From a virus, in the IMG/VR virus record IMGVR_UViG_3300008107_000017, positions 32,001 through 96,000 of that record: DNA of 64,000 bases. The stretch is one strand, 5' to 3'. The notes below the pieces were generated by a model. It was not told where the DNA came from. It did not search any database and worked only from the letters and a program-made list of their open reading frames with translations. Position 1 is the stretch's first letter. Each line of letters begins with the position of its first letter. Positions 1-10,532 of this stretch are shown one piece after another. Position numbers and translations under genes: made by a program.

Positions 1-1
1 G

Positions 2-961
2 GGCGATGTTCTTTTTCACTTAGGTGATGTATTTGATAACCGCCAAAGTTTAAACCTAGCTGCTCAAGATTTAGGCATACGAGTTTTTGAAGAACTCTCA
101 AAAATATTCCCAGAAATACATATCATAGTTGGTAATCATGATATCATGAGAAAGAATTCAAATGATATATCTTCTGTTGATTGCCTTAAGTATATTCCTA
201 ATGTTACTGTACATAAAGAACCTAAGATTTTGGAATATGACGGTGCTACTTGTCTTCTAATGCCTTGGCGTAGAAATGCTGAACATGAAAAAGAAACTCT
301 ATCTTCAATTAAGAAGAAGATTGATTATATGTTTTGTCATACGGAAACCCAAGGGGTACAAACTAGCCCTAGCACAAAACATCTCCACGAAGGTGGAAAT
401 GATCTAAGTACATTTAAAAGATTTAAGAGGGTTTATTCTGGTCATATTCATTATCGTCAAGAAAAAGAAAACTTTATTTTGGTAGGTAATCCATATCAAA
501 TGACAAGATCCGACCGTGGAAATATTAAAGGAATATATCTACTAGATCTTAAGACTGGTAATCATGAATTTATCCAGAATGAGAGATCACCTATCTTTAT
601 TCGGTATTATATAAATGATATTCTAGAGAGGCGTATGGAGGATATACTTAATGAAATTAAAGATAATTTTGTTGATATTAATATTCCATCCAACGTTCTA
701 GGTAAGTATAATATTAATAAGTTTATGGATTTTATGGATGGATATGCCAAGAATCTAGAACCTAAGATATACGATGAAGAAAATCCAATCGAATTAGATG
801 ACGATGTACAGTCTTCTGACTTTAATGGAGAATTTAATTTAATGACAATTGCTGCTGACTTTATAAATGGTTTAGGTTATGATGATGACCTAAAAGAAAG
901 ACTTATTAAGTCAGTATCTGAATTGTATAAACAAACATTAGCACCTTCTTATGAGGATTAA
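2..961 (+). CDS. gp47: Recombination endonuclease subunit, Mre11/SbcD-like (T4 gp47 type), 5'-truncated by the window
   Basis: Frame is open from base 2 (GDVLFHLGDVFDNR...VGNHD). Has phosphoesterase motifs GD, GNHD and SGHIH, and lies next to an SbcC-like gene. Confidence 0.9.
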   Translation, partial: GDVLFHLGDVFDNRQSLNLAAQDLGIRVFEELSKIFPEIHIIVGNHDIMRKNSNDISSVDCLKYIPNVTVHKEPKILEYDGATCLLMPWRRNAEHEKETLSSIKKKIDYMFCHTETQGVQTSPSTKHLHEGGNDLSTFKRFKRVYSGHIHYRQEKENFILVGNPYQMTRSDRGNIKGIYLLDLKTGNHEFIQNERSPIFIRYYINDILERRMEDILNEIKDNFVDINIPSNVLGKYNINKFMDFMDGYAKNLEPKIYDEENPIELDDDVQSSDFNGEFNLMTIAADFINGLGYDDDLKERLIKSVSELYKQTLAPSYED

Positions 962-2618
962 TAAAGTAGAGTTTAAGAATTTTGCAAGTTACGGTAATAG
1001 AAAGCAGGTAATTGAATTTGATAAAGAACAAAGCGATCTTTATCTAGTATTAGGCGGTAACGGTGCTGGAAAGAGTACCTTAGCCAAAGTAATTACCTAT
1101 CTATGTTATGGTAGAGTTGAAGGGGCAAATCTTAAAGACCTTCCTAATCGTGTTAACGGAAATCTTTGGGGAAAAATCTGGATTGAAAGTAAAGGAAATC
1201 AAATTGAGATTGAAAGAGGAGTATCTCCAGGAATATTTAATGTTTCAATAAATGGAACCGAATATGATGTTGCAGGTAAGTCCAATTTACAAGAGTTTTT
1301 AGAATCCGAGATTTATGAAATTCCTTATCATGTATTTAAGAATGTTATCATCTTATCTGTAAATGATTTTAAGTCTTTTATTACAATGTCTCCATTTGAT
1401 AAGAAACAGATCATTGATAGGATATTTGGTTTCTCTGTAATCAATCAGATGAGAGAATTGGTAAAGAATAAGAGAAAGTTAATCATAGATGAAATTAGAA
1501 CCTTTGATGATGAAATCAGAACACTTGAAGAATCTATCCAATCTGTCTTACTTAAAATAGAACAATACGAAGAAGCATCAAAAGAAAAAGATGCCAATAA
1601 AGTAGCTGAACTTAAAAAGAAATTAGTTTCTCTTAATGAAATGAGAAAGAAACTAAAGGATGCCAATGATAAGACCAAGGTAAGAATTGATGAAAACGAT
1701 AAAAAATATAAAACTAAATCTTCAAAAGAAACTGAATTAAAATCTGAGATTAATGCGGTTAAAAAAGGATTAGAGCTTTATGAAAATAATACATGCCCAA
1801 CATGTAACTCTCCTCTTGATTCAGAATTTCATCAACATATTAAAAAGGAAAAGCAGGATCTTTTAGAAACATTAAATGCTAAGTATCAAAAGATACAAGA
1901 TGAGGTTGCAAAAATTGATGATTCTTTAACCACACTCAGGGAACAGGGTAGACAAATCCATGTAAAGGTTGGTCAATTGGAATCCCAAATGAATACCTTA
2001 AAGAATGAGATTATTGAATTAGCCGAAAAGGATGATTCATCTTCTGGGCATCTTAAAGAACTTATAAAAGAATTTAAGGAAAAGAAAGAAGAAAAGGGTC
2101 AGGTAAAACTTAAGAGCGAAGGCGAAGACTATTACTTAAGTATTCTTGAAACTCTTATGGGTGATGATGGAATTAAAAACTTGGCAGTTAGGTCCATTCT
2201 ACCATCCTTTAACAATAATATCCTTGTTATGGCAAAGGAAATGGGTATACCGTTTGGGATCCGTTTTGACGATAAATTTAATTGTACTATCCATCATTTA
2301 GGTCAGGAGATTAGTCCTAAAACCTTAAGTACTGGAGAAAAGAAAAAAGTTGATTTTGTAATTATCATGGCTTTAATTAAAATGATTAAGGTTAGATTCT
2401 CTAGTCTTAACATCTTATTCCTGGATGAAATCTTTTCTTCAATTGATGCTGATGGTGTTTATCATATCGTAAATATTCTTCATGAAACGATACAAGAGAT
2501 TGGGTTAAACACATTTGTTATTAATCATACCGTCCTGCCAAGTGAATATTTTGATAAGAAGTTGGAAATTACAAAGGATGGCGGCTTTTCTGAGTTTACA
2601 ATTGAAAGCATTAAATAA
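951..2618 (+). CDS. gp46: Recombination ATPase, Rad50/SbcC-like (T4 gp46 type)
   Basis: Walker A GGNGAGKST, coiled coil with CPTC zinc hook, signature LSTGE, Walker B LFLDE. Confidence 0.93.
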   Translation: MRINKVEFKNFASYGNRKQVIEFDKEQSDLYLVLGGNGAGKSTLAKVITYLCYGRVEGANLKDLPNRVNGNLWGKIWIESKGNQIEIERGVSPGIFNVSINGTEYDVAGKSNLQEFLESEIYEIPYHVFKNVIILSVNDFKSFITMSPFDKKQIIDRIFGFSVINQMRELVKNKRKLIIDEIRTFDDEIRTLEESIQSVLLKIEQYEEASKEKDANKVAELKKKLVSLNEMRKKLKDANDKTKVRIDENDKKYKTKSSKETELKSEINAVKKGLELYENNTCPTCNSPLDSEFHQHIKKEKQDLLETLNAKYQKIQDEVAKIDDSLTTLREQGRQIHVKVGQLESQMNTLKNEIIELAEKDDSSSGHLKELIKEFKEKKEEKGQVKLKSEGEDYYLSILETLMGDDGIKNLAVRSILPSFNNNILVMAKEMGIPFGIRFDDKFNCTIHHLGQEISPKTLSTGEKKKVDFVIIMALIKMIKVRFSSLNILFLDEIFSSIDADGVYHIVNILHETIQEIGLNTFVINHTVLPSEYFDKKLEITKDGGFSEFTIESIK

Positions 2619-2642
2619 ATAATAGTAAATAATCACTACTAA

Positions 2643-3623
2643 ATGTCTGCTTATAACCAGGAATTTAATAAAGACAACACAATATTACGATATGTAACTG
2701 TAGCTACTCTTGCTGAATTAAGAAATAAAGTTTACTATTATAATCAGATTGATGAGGATACTGTACAAAAGGTAAATGTACCTTTCTATTATTCTGTTAC
2801 GGGTGATGATCGGTTTCTGGCAGATAACTTCTTATATGATGCTATTGCAGAAGGTAAAGCTATAGGAGATTATGAAGTTGTACCAAGAGGTGTACTTCAA
2901 TTAAATTCTCTTTCAATTGATTCAGGCGCCCAGACAAATAAATTTATTAGAGGTGAATTTGTCAGAGAGTGGAACGGCGTCTTAAAAAGATTTTCACTAG
3001 AGACAAACTTTTTACCTCTTACTATGACATTTGGAGTAACTGTTGTTTGTTCCAATAATCTTGAAATGTTAAAGGTTACCGAATCAATTTTATCAAAACT
3101 CTATAAGACAACTCTTTATAGTGTTGATTTAGGTATGACAAGAGTTCAGGCTGGTATGTCAGTTCCTGAAGACTATAGCCAAGATCGTCTCTTTGAATTT
3201 GCCCTTAACGATAAGAAAGAATTTAATGTAACCTTTGATTTGGAAGTTAAATCATTTATGCCATGTTTTGAAAATGGTGTTCTCTTATCAGAGGTTGATC
3301 TAATAGCCAGAGATTCAATTCAGAGTAACCCTGATGCCGAAGGTGTTGGTCTATTTAGAACTGGACCAAATGGAGATATTGGAATATCATTTGGTGGTGT
3401 ATTCCAGAAATTTGAATACACAATTGATAACATTGCAAAGATTGCTCCAGAAAATGTATTATCCAATAAGCAGTATGTTAATCCTTCTGATATTAATCGT
3501 GGAGGACCTTATATAGAAACTGAAACGACTTCTGCCAACTTTGACTTTGATGCTAAAAAATATGATGATTTAGAGGCACCAGAGAGTAAAGAATACAGAA
3601 ATGCAGAAGATGACGAAGGATAA
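2643..3623 (+). CDS. Tail terminator/sheath stabilizer (gp15-like)
   Basis: KVNVPFYY...RFL and VVPRG...SID pattern resembles T4-like gp15 proteins; structural-gene context. Confidence 0.6.
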   Translation: MSAYNQEFNKDNTILRYVTVATLAELRNKVYYYNQIDEDTVQKVNVPFYYSVTGDDRFLADNFLYDAIAEGKAIGDYEVVPRGVLQLNSLSIDSGAQTNKFIRGEFVREWNGVLKRFSLETNFLPLTMTFGVTVVCSNNLEMLKVTESILSKLYKTTLYSVDLGMTRVQAGMSVPEDYSQDRLFEFALNDKKEFNVTFDLEVKSFMPCFENGVLLSEVDLIARDSIQSNPDAEGVGLFRTGPNGDIGISFGGVFQKFEYTIDNIAKIAPENVLSNKQYVNPSDINRGGPYIETETTSANFDFDAKKYDDLEAPESKEYRNAEDDEG

Positions 3624-3639
3624 TAACTTTAGGATCTTA

Positions 3640-3649
3640 GAATATATAA
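3640..3649 (+). promoter_or_regulatory. Putative late promoter GAATATATAA (representative copy)
   Basis: Same or near-identical motif precedes structural genes at 6996, 12605, 13811, 20121, 22539, 25245, 47126 and 50548; analogous to the T4 late promoter TATAAATA. Confidence 0.65.
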
Positions 3650-3669
3650 AACAAATAAAATCATCAAAT

Positions 3670-5499
3670 ATGAGTAAAGCAGTTAATGAAGGACAAACTC
3701 AAGTCTATGCGAATGGTACTATTGAGCCTCAATATGGTGTAAACACTGATGCTCCGTATCTAAATAATCCCCCAAAGCAATTGATTGATCTTATTACCGC
3801 ATTTTATAAAAGTGGTAAATCAGATAGTCAAGTTTTAGCTATTCTTGTAGGAATGGGTACTCCACAACAATTAGCATTATCTGGTATTAATGCATATAAA
3901 GCCGCTGCTCAAACATTCACAACCGAAAACAATCAAAAAAATCATAATAATATGAAATTTACACTTGCAGGCTTGTATGAAAACGTTATGAAAGCCATTA
4001 ATGCATTAAATACGATGGGAGAAGATCAATCACGAGTATCTTATTCCGCAAAAAATGCACTTAACATTTTAGAAAATTCTTTAGGTAATTTTCCAATGAG
4101 ATTCTCTAGCGGAGATATTTCAATAATTAGTGAAGATATTGAAAACAACGTAAACCCCGCTCTTAAATTTAAGATTGCAAAAAATCTTCACAGAGATCTT
4201 GCTGCATCTGAATGGTTAAACCCAGTTAGAGAATTAAGAAGCTATATCATGGCTGCATATGATTCTTCTAAATGGTCATTTAGAATTGCTGAAGCAATCG
4301 ATAGATCAAATTCACAAAAAGGTAAACTATACGAAAGTCTAACCAATCAATTTGAAATTCTTTTAAAAGAATCTTCTGAAGACATTAAATCTAAATTTGC
4401 TATTATTGCTGCAAAGAACCCATGGTCTGCTGAATGTAAAAACATTCTAAACGAAATGGCTTCCTCTGAGCAAAAGGCCTATTCAAATCATGGTGGTAAG
4501 GTTTCTAAAATTCTTTCACCCGTGTTGGAGTCTGAAGAAGGATTAACATTCCACTTACATGGTAAGAACTATATCTTTACCGAAGGTAAGATTTCTGAAA
4601 CTGAAGTAACTGATTCTCGTTTCTTTGATGTTTTAGAAGGTATTAAAATGTTTAAACTTGACGGTAATTCATTAGTTACTTTTTCTGAAAATGGAAAAAC
4701 TTTAGAATATAACCTTACTGAAGGTACATTAAGCTTAGGTGGAGTAGATCTTACCAATGCAAGTATCGTAGAATTAAAGGAATCCCTTATTGCAACAAGA
4801 TTCTTTGGTTATAGAGATCAGTGGAAATCTGATACTGTATGTAAATTCTTTGAGAATGTAGATCTTTTACATGAAATGGATAATTTCACTGGAATTACTT
4901 CTACTGAATTCTTAAATCTTTTCTTAACTGTAATTGCTGTTGAGGAAGGTGTATGGGTTAATAAAGTTAACTTTGGAATGCAGGTAAATGAAATGAAATT
5001 CTATTCATCTGCAACTGAAGCTGTTAAGATGATTAAAGAATTCATTAATTATGATGCATCATCTATTCTTTCTGAAAGATTAGTGGCTGAAGGTAATCAA
5101 AAAGCAGTTGCTGATAAAAAGAGAAATGAAATCAATGATAAAATTTCTTTCTTAGAAGAGAAGAAGAATAAGGTATCTGAAGCAATCAAATCATTAGGAG
5201 ATTCTGAAGAATTACAGGAAGCATTAAAATTAATCAATACCGAAATCATTAAGTTTGAAAAAGAACTTCAAGAAACTTATTCTATAGTTGAAAAAAAAAG
5301 TAAAGACCAATATCTAAACGACGGTTATGTTGAAGCAAAAGTTCAAGATAACGTAAATGGATTAAAGAAAGGTCAAACTGTTTTTGTTAATGCAGAAGAA
5401 TATACTTCTTTAGGTGATACTGATTTACTTAATATCATCGTCCCTGAAACCGATAAATCTAAAATCGTAAAGAAGGCAAGCCTTAAGGTTGAAATTTAA
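3670..5499 (+). CDS. Hypothetical late protein, probably virion or prohead core, with C-terminal coiled coil
   Basis: ATG at 3670 follows late motif GAATATATAA (3640). Several [VL]xE sites (AVNEG, LKES, VLES) resemble prohead-protease sites. Confidence 0.5.
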   Translation: MSKAVNEGQTQVYANGTIEPQYGVNTDAPYLNNPPKQLIDLITAFYKSGKSDSQVLAILVGMGTPQQLALSGINAYKAAAQTFTTENNQKNHNNMKFTLAGLYENVMKAINALNTMGEDQSRVSYSAKNALNILENSLGNFPMRFSSGDISIISEDIENNVNPALKFKIAKNLHRDLAASEWLNPVRELRSYIMAAYDSSKWSFRIAEAIDRSNSQKGKLYESLTNQFEILLKESSEDIKSKFAIIAAKNPWSAECKNILNEMASSEQKAYSNHGGKVSKILSPVLESEEGLTFHLHGKNYIFTEGKISETEVTDSRFFDVLEGIKMFKLDGNSLVTFSENGKTLEYNLTEGTLSLGGVDLTNASIVELKESLIATRFFGYRDQWKSDTVCKFFENVDLLHEMDNFTGITSTEFLNLFLTVIAVEEGVWVNKVNFGMQVNEMKFYSSATEAVKMIKEFINYDASSILSERLVAEGNQKAVADKKRNEINDKISFLEEKKNKVSEAIKSLGDSEELQEALKLINTEIIKFEKELQETYSIVEKKSKDQYLNDGYVEAKVQDNVNGLKKGQTVFVNAEEYTSLGDTDLLNIIVPETDKSKIVKKASLKVEI

Positions 5500-5520
5500 T
5501 CGCTAACCTTTATATAAAAA

Positions 5521-5548
5521 GCTGACAGGTAAACTGTCGGCTTTTTTT
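5521..5548 (+). terminator. Intrinsic terminator, overlapping an AAAC-N16-ATATAA promoter motif for gp55
   Basis: GCTGACAG-gtaaa-CTGTCGGC followed by T7. Confidence 0.75.
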
Positions 5549-5575
5549 GCATATAATAAAAAAACAGTTCAGGTT

Positions 5576-5941
5576 ATGCCTAGAAAAAGGAATTACTTAA
5601 ATAATAGAGATCTTTTAGACGAAATACGTAAATCAAAAGAACTCGATGAATTAACACCAAAGGCTTTAGAGTTCTTAATGTTATTAGCAGATAAATGTTC
5701 AACCAAGCTTACATATCGCGATCCTGCTGATAGAGAAGATTGTATAGCATTTGCTTATATGGATCTCTACCGCTATTGGAGAAACTTTAATCCAGATAAA
5801 AGTGAAAATGCATTTGCATATTTTACAGAGATCGCAAAAAGAGGATTTGCAAAAGGTTGGAATAAATTACATCCAAAGAAATATGCAGGAACCGTTTCAA
5901 TAGACGGTAGTTCTGACGGGGAAGGAATTTATACCATTTAG
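5576..5941 (+). CDS. gp55: Late-transcription sigma factor (gp55-like, compact 121 aa)
   Basis: NYLNNRDLL N-terminus and NFNPDKSENAFAYFTEI motif characteristic of gp55. Confidence 0.85.
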   Translation: MPRKRNYLNNRDLLDEIRKSKELDELTPKALEFLMLLADKCSTKLTYRDPADREDCIAFAYMDLYRYWRNFNPDKSENAFAYFTEIAKRGFAKGWNKLHPKKYAGTVSIDGSSDGEGIYTI

Positions 5942-5951
5942 AATAATACCA

Positions 5952-6428
5952 ATGAGTATAAAGAATGTCAAACCTACGGCTAAATCAGGATTTAAACAAG
6001 GTTATTATAAACCACACAATCCTCATAAGTATATAGGACCAGGGCCTATCATATACAGAAGCTCGTGGGAAAGAAAATTCTGTCATTGGTGTGATCATAA
6101 TGAAAATGTAATTAGCTGGGTGTCTGAACCTTTTTCAATAAAATACTTTAATGTTTTGGATAATAAGTTTCATAACTATTATCCAGACTTTTATGTAAAA
6201 ATGAATAAAGAGGGTTTGGTTGAAGAATATGTGGTAGAGATAAAGCCAAAAGAACAATTAAAGAAACCATCTCCACCAAAAAGAAATACCAAAAAAGCAA
6301 TAGATAACTTTAAGTATGCCTATGAAACGTATGTTAGAAATCTTTGCAAAACAGATGCTCTTAATAAAGCTGCAACTCAAAGAAATTTTAAGGTTATGTT
6401 ATTAACCGAAGACTCAAATCTTTTTTAG
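5952..6428 (+). CDS. gp4: Head completion nuclease (gp4, TnsA-like)
   Basis: YKPHNPHKYIG, IIYRSSWE, YYPDF and VEIKP motifs. Confidence 0.9.
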   Translation: MSIKNVKPTAKSGFKQGYYKPHNPHKYIGPGPIIYRSSWERKFCHWCDHNENVISWVSEPFSIKYFNVLDNKFHNYYPDFYVKMNKEGLVEEYVVEIKPKEQLKKPSPPKRNTKKAIDNFKYAYETYVRNLCKTDALNKAATQRNFKVMLLTEDSNLF

Positions 6429-6429
6429 T

Positions 6430-7005
6430 ATGATAATAGGTAGTTTTACAGATGATTTAGATTTATACATTGCTGAGAATAAAGGTCAGTCTAAGGCCTC
6501 TAAAGCATCCTCTAAGGATTTATTATTAATGGGTGTTAAGGGAACTGGCGTTTTAGATCAAGGTAGGATGTATACATTTAGGTATTTTACTGAAGATGAA
6601 ACTTTTTATGATACCTTTCCTATTGTTATAGGATTAGGTGCTGTTCCTGGATCAATGACAAATCAATTAGGAATTAATTTACATTACATTCCTTATGATG
6701 CAAGAATACCTTTTATGGAAGATATCATAAAATCGTTTAGTGGTTTCTTTGAAAGACAATTTAATAATGCTGGAGAAGTTGCAAAACAAACATTTAATAA
6801 AGACTTTACATATGAAGCCGTTAAAAAGTCATTAGGTAGAAAATATAACTTAACATATGCAATTAGGCAATATAGATTAGATCGTATGAAAGATCCAAAG
6901 ATAATTGGTTATGAAGACTGGTACCTTGGTGCTGTTAATGATGATAACTTTTTCTTTGGTGGATCAATTTTACAGGCGCAAGATTTATATTACCAGAATA
7001 TATAA
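6430..7005 (+). CDS. gp2: DNA end protector protein (gp2-like)
   Basis: GRMYTFRY, YDTFPIV, GINLHYIP and AIRQY motifs. Confidence 0.8.
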   Translation: MIIGSFTDDLDLYIAENKGQSKASKASSKDLLLMGVKGTGVLDQGRMYTFRYFTEDETFYDTFPIVIGLGAVPGSMTNQLGINLHYIPYDARIPFMEDIIKSFSGFFERQFNNAGEVAKQTFNKDFTYEAVKKSLGRKYNLTYAIRQYRLDRMKDPKIIGYEDWYLGAVNDDNFFFGGSILQAQDLYYQNI

Positions 7006-7023
7006 AACAATAAATGATAAAAC

Positions 7024-8673
7024 ATGGCAGGATTTACAAATAGAAGAGGTCCTCTTACAGACTCCAATCCAGTAAGAAAGATTCTAAAAGATCTTTCTAA
7101 CCTTGGGATGGCATATGATGATATGATCATTCGTAATTCCAGAGCAATCGGTTTTACCGAAAATGCAATGGGTTATACAATGAATCCAATGGGATCCGAT
7201 GCAGATGATATGTATGCTGCATTTGCTGCCTTATCATTAACCGATACGAGTCTTAAAAAGAACATCTCATTCTTTGATAGAGATTATGAAAAGAAGAGAG
7301 ATCAATTAAGAACCTTTGCGGTACAAGATGAAATTGAAGATATCCTTGATGTAGTTACCGATGAGGCAATAGTATTTGATAAGAGTAACTATTTTGCTTA
7401 TGCAGAATTTAACGGAGAAATAAGTAATTCTATTGAAGAAGAAATTGGAGATATCTATAATAACATTTACAATTATTTTGGGTTTAATGATGCTATCCAA
7501 CCTTGGAACTATTTTAGAAAATGGTTGGTTGATGGATATCTTGCATTTGAAATTGTTTATAATGATAAGCAAACCGAAATCATAGGCTTTAAAGAACTAG
7601 ATCCTATTTCTTTAATGCCAGGTTTAGATACTGAAACTGGAAAGAAAATGTGGGTTCAGTATAAAGGTGGCGGATCTAAGGAAAGAAAGCTTTGGGATTC
7701 TCAAATTCTTTATCTTTCATATTCACAAGTTAATTCACCACAGAGAATCTCTTATGTTGAGAGACTTATCCGCTCTTTTAACCTTTTAAGAATTATGGAA
7801 ACTACCAGAATTATCTGGGCTGTTTCTAATGCTTCGTTTAAGACACAGTTTATTATTCCGGTCGGTGGAAAATCTAAAACGAGGGCAAAACAATCCCTTG
7901 CCCAATTAATGAATTCTTATCGTGAAGTAGTAGACTTCAATTATGAAAGTGGAGAAATTCAAACAAACGGAAAACCAATGATGCCTTTTAATAAGGAATA
8001 CTGGTTACCTTCTAAAGATGGCGAACAACCTGAGATTAGTACAATCGGAGGAGATGGTCCTGATTTAGGAGACACCGAATCATTAAAATACTTTGCTGAT
8101 AAACTTAAACTTGCCTCAAAAATTCCATTCTCACGTTTCGATAAAGAAGGTGGTAATACCTACGATATGGATGCAAGTGGTATGTTAAGAGATGAAATTA
8201 AGTTTTCTAAATTTATTGATCGCTTAAGATCAATTTTCCAGGAAATCTTAATCAAACCTGTTTATCTTCAAATGTGTCTTAACCATCCAGAACTTAAAAA
8301 TGATATTGCATTTAAGGCTGGATTGGCATTAAGGTATATGAAGGACAACGTATTTGAAGAAATGAAAGAAATGGAACTTCAAACCAAGAGAGTAGACTTT
8401 ATTGGTAATATGAAGACCCAATTAAGTATAATGGATGAAAATATGACCGAAATACCGTATTTTGACTTAGGATGGTTAATTAAGAGGTATGGAGGATTTA
8501 CACAAGATGACCTTAAAGCCAATCAACGTGCTAAGGATAGATCTGATCTAAAGGCCCAAGGTTACACTGAGGAAGATATTGAAAAGATTCTTTTAGGCGC
8601 CGATAAGAAACTTTTTAAGCCAGAAAAGCCTGCAGGCGGTATTGAAGAAGATCCATTGGCGGGTTTAGGATAA
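7024..8673 (+). CDS. gp20: Portal protein
   Basis: EIEDILDVVTDEAI, FRKWLVDG, EYWLP, ASKIPFSR and RDEIKFSKFIDRLR, typical of T4-like portals. Confidence 0.93.
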   Translation: MAGFTNRRGPLTDSNPVRKILKDLSNLGMAYDDMIIRNSRAIGFTENAMGYTMNPMGSDADDMYAAFAALSLTDTSLKKNISFFDRDYEKKRDQLRTFAVQDEIEDILDVVTDEAIVFDKSNYFAYAEFNGEISNSIEEEIGDIYNNIYNYFGFNDAIQPWNYFRKWLVDGYLAFEIVYNDKQTEIIGFKELDPISLMPGLDTETGKKMWVQYKGGGSKERKLWDSQILYLSYSQVNSPQRISYVERLIRSFNLLRIMETTRIIWAVSNASFKTQFIIPVGGKSKTRAKQSLAQLMNSYREVVDFNYESGEIQTNGKPMMPFNKEYWLPSKDGEQPEISTIGGDGPDLGDTESLKYFADKLKLASKIPFSRFDKEGGNTYDMDASGMLRDEIKFSKFIDRLRSIFQEILIKPVYLQMCLNHPELKNDIAFKAGLALRYMKDNVFEEMKEMELQTKRVDFIGNMKTQLSIMDENMTEIPYFDLGWLIKRYGGFTQDDLKANQRAKDRSDLKAQGYTEEDIEKILLGADKKLFKPEKPAGGIEEDPLAGLG

Positions 8674-8718
8674 AAACTTTATAAGTTGATAATATATAAA
8701 TCAAATAACAAGTAGAAG

Positions 8719-10449
8719 ATGTCAGGAAAAAAACTATTAATTCTTGAGAGATCACAGTCTAATTTATCATTTAAGACAGATGATGATGGCGCCGTCGTAT
8801 TAGAAGGCGTTTTTACTGAGTTCGGTGTTCGTAATAAGAATAACAGAATTTATGAGGAAAAGGAAGTTTTACCTCATATTAATGAACTCCAAGAAAAGGT
8901 AAAGACAAACAAACTTTTAGGTGAATTAGACCACCCAAAAGATTTTGATATTAGTCTCTCTAACGTATCCCATGTAATAGAATCTTTAAAGTACGATTCC
9001 GAAAACAAACAAGTTGTTGGAAGAGTTCGTTTATTAAATACTACAAAGGGTAAAGAAGCACAGGCTTTAATTAAGGACGGTATTCCTCTTCATATTTCAA
9101 GTCGTGCCGCTGGAACTGTTGATGAAAACGGTAAAGTAAAGATTAAGAAGTTTTTTACATATGACCTAGTTGCAGATCCTGGATTTGAAAATGCAGAATT
9201 ATCAAGGGTTAACGAATCTTACGGATTTGATGCCGACCCTACTTTATTCATTTATGAAATGGAAGAAACTAAAAATACAGAAGATAAAAAAGAACCAACA
9301 ATGGAAAATCAAAATTTTGTAACCGTTGAGGATTTTCAAAAATACACCGAATATGTTCAAGGCGTATTAAATAATGTAAAAGAATCCGCAAATTCAGACA
9401 ATACTGAAATCGTTGAAAAACTTATTAAGTACAGTGAACATATTGGAGAAAAGGTAAATCAGTTAAGCGATTATGCCGAGTATCTTTCTGAAAACCTTGA
9501 TAAGAGTATTTCTTATTCTGACTATCTAGCTGAAAATGTAGATAAGATTAAGAATTATACGACATACCTTGCTGAAGAATTGGATAACTCAATTCAATAT
9601 GCTGAACATGTTGCTGAAAAAGCTGATAAGGGAATTCAATATGCAAACTATTTAGGAGAGAACCTTGAAAAAGGAATTGAGTATTCCGAATATGTTGCTG
9701 AAAAGGTTGATCAAAACATTGCATACTCTGAACACCTTGCTGAAGGTTTAAGAAAGAGTATTAAATATGCTGAATACATTGCAGAAAATGTAAACACGGT
9801 TGAAGGTTCTGCTATTAATGAATCCGAAGTATCTGAAGAAGCTACTTGTGAAAAATGCGGTGAAGTTCATGAAGGATCTTGTGGATCTAAGAATGAAGAA
9901 AAAGAATCCGATAAGAAAGAATATAAAGATTCAATAGAAGAAGCCTTAAATAAATTAATTGCAAAGGCTGAAGCCAAAACTAAGGTTGTTACTGAAATGC
10001 ATTTTATGAACTTCCTTTCTGAATCTAAGAAAAATGAATTTAATTCACTTTCTGAAGAAAAGCAGAAAATGATTGTTGAATCAATGAATGCTAAACCAAT
10101 TATGTCAACTGTTCAGGCTGAAAATATATGGGAATCTTCATTTATTGAAAAGAAGAGAGAATTGAATTTTATTGCTGATATGCCTGAGAAATTCTCTGCT
10201 AAATGGGAAGCTTTATCAGAATCTCGTAAGAATCAAATTATTGCAGAATCTAAGTTCTATACCTTAACTACTCCTTACGCCATTAATAACTTCTGGGGAA
10301 CCAGAGATCTAAGACCATCTCAAATGGAATTAGAACAAATTAATGAAAGTAAAACAGCTGCTGAGGCCGCTGCACCTAAGGAGCCTTTAGTAAATGAATC
10401 TTTTGCTAATGACCTAGTTAATAGAGTAAAATTCAACTTAGGACGATAA
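8719..10449 (+). CDS. gp21: Prohead protease (gp21-like) fused to a repeat-rich scaffold-like domain
   Basis: NKNNRIY, GELDHP, ISSRAAG and TYDLVADPG, followed by tandem 14-aa YxEYLAENLDKxI repeats. Confidence 0.88.
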   Translation: MSGKKLLILERSQSNLSFKTDDDGAVVLEGVFTEFGVRNKNNRIYEEKEVLPHINELQEKVKTNKLLGELDHPKDFDISLSNVSHVIESLKYDSENKQVVGRVRLLNTTKGKEAQALIKDGIPLHISSRAAGTVDENGKVKIKKFFTYDLVADPGFENAELSRVNESYGFDADPTLFIYEMEETKNTEDKKEPTMENQNFVTVEDFQKYTEYVQGVLNNVKESANSDNTEIVEKLIKYSEHIGEKVNQLSDYAEYLSENLDKSISYSDYLAENVDKIKNYTTYLAEELDNSIQYAEHVAEKADKGIQYANYLGENLEKGIEYSEYVAEKVDQNIAYSEHLAEGLRKSIKYAEYIAENVNTVEGSAINESEVSEEATCEKCGEVHEGSCGSKNEEKESDKKEYKDSIEEALNKLIAKAEAKTKVVTEMHFMNFLSESKKNEFNSLSEEKQKMIVESMNAKPIMSTVQAENIWESSFIEKKRELNFIADMPEKFSAKWEALSESRKNQIIAESKFYTLTTPYAINNFWGTRDLRPSQMELEQINESKTAAEAAAPKEPLVNESFANDLVNRVKFNLGR

Positions 10450-10532
10450 TATATAAAAAATATAATCTAATAGCTAAGAAGCAAAGAGCTACAGATTGAT
10501 TAATAAAAACAAATAAAAAAACAAAAAACAAA

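Noticed and set aside
3601-3669. Upstream start extensions in the ORF track (also 16332, 47102, 48669, 51599, 57646)
   Set aside because: They overlap upstream genes or promoter motifs; downstream ATGs with A-rich leaders are more plausible.
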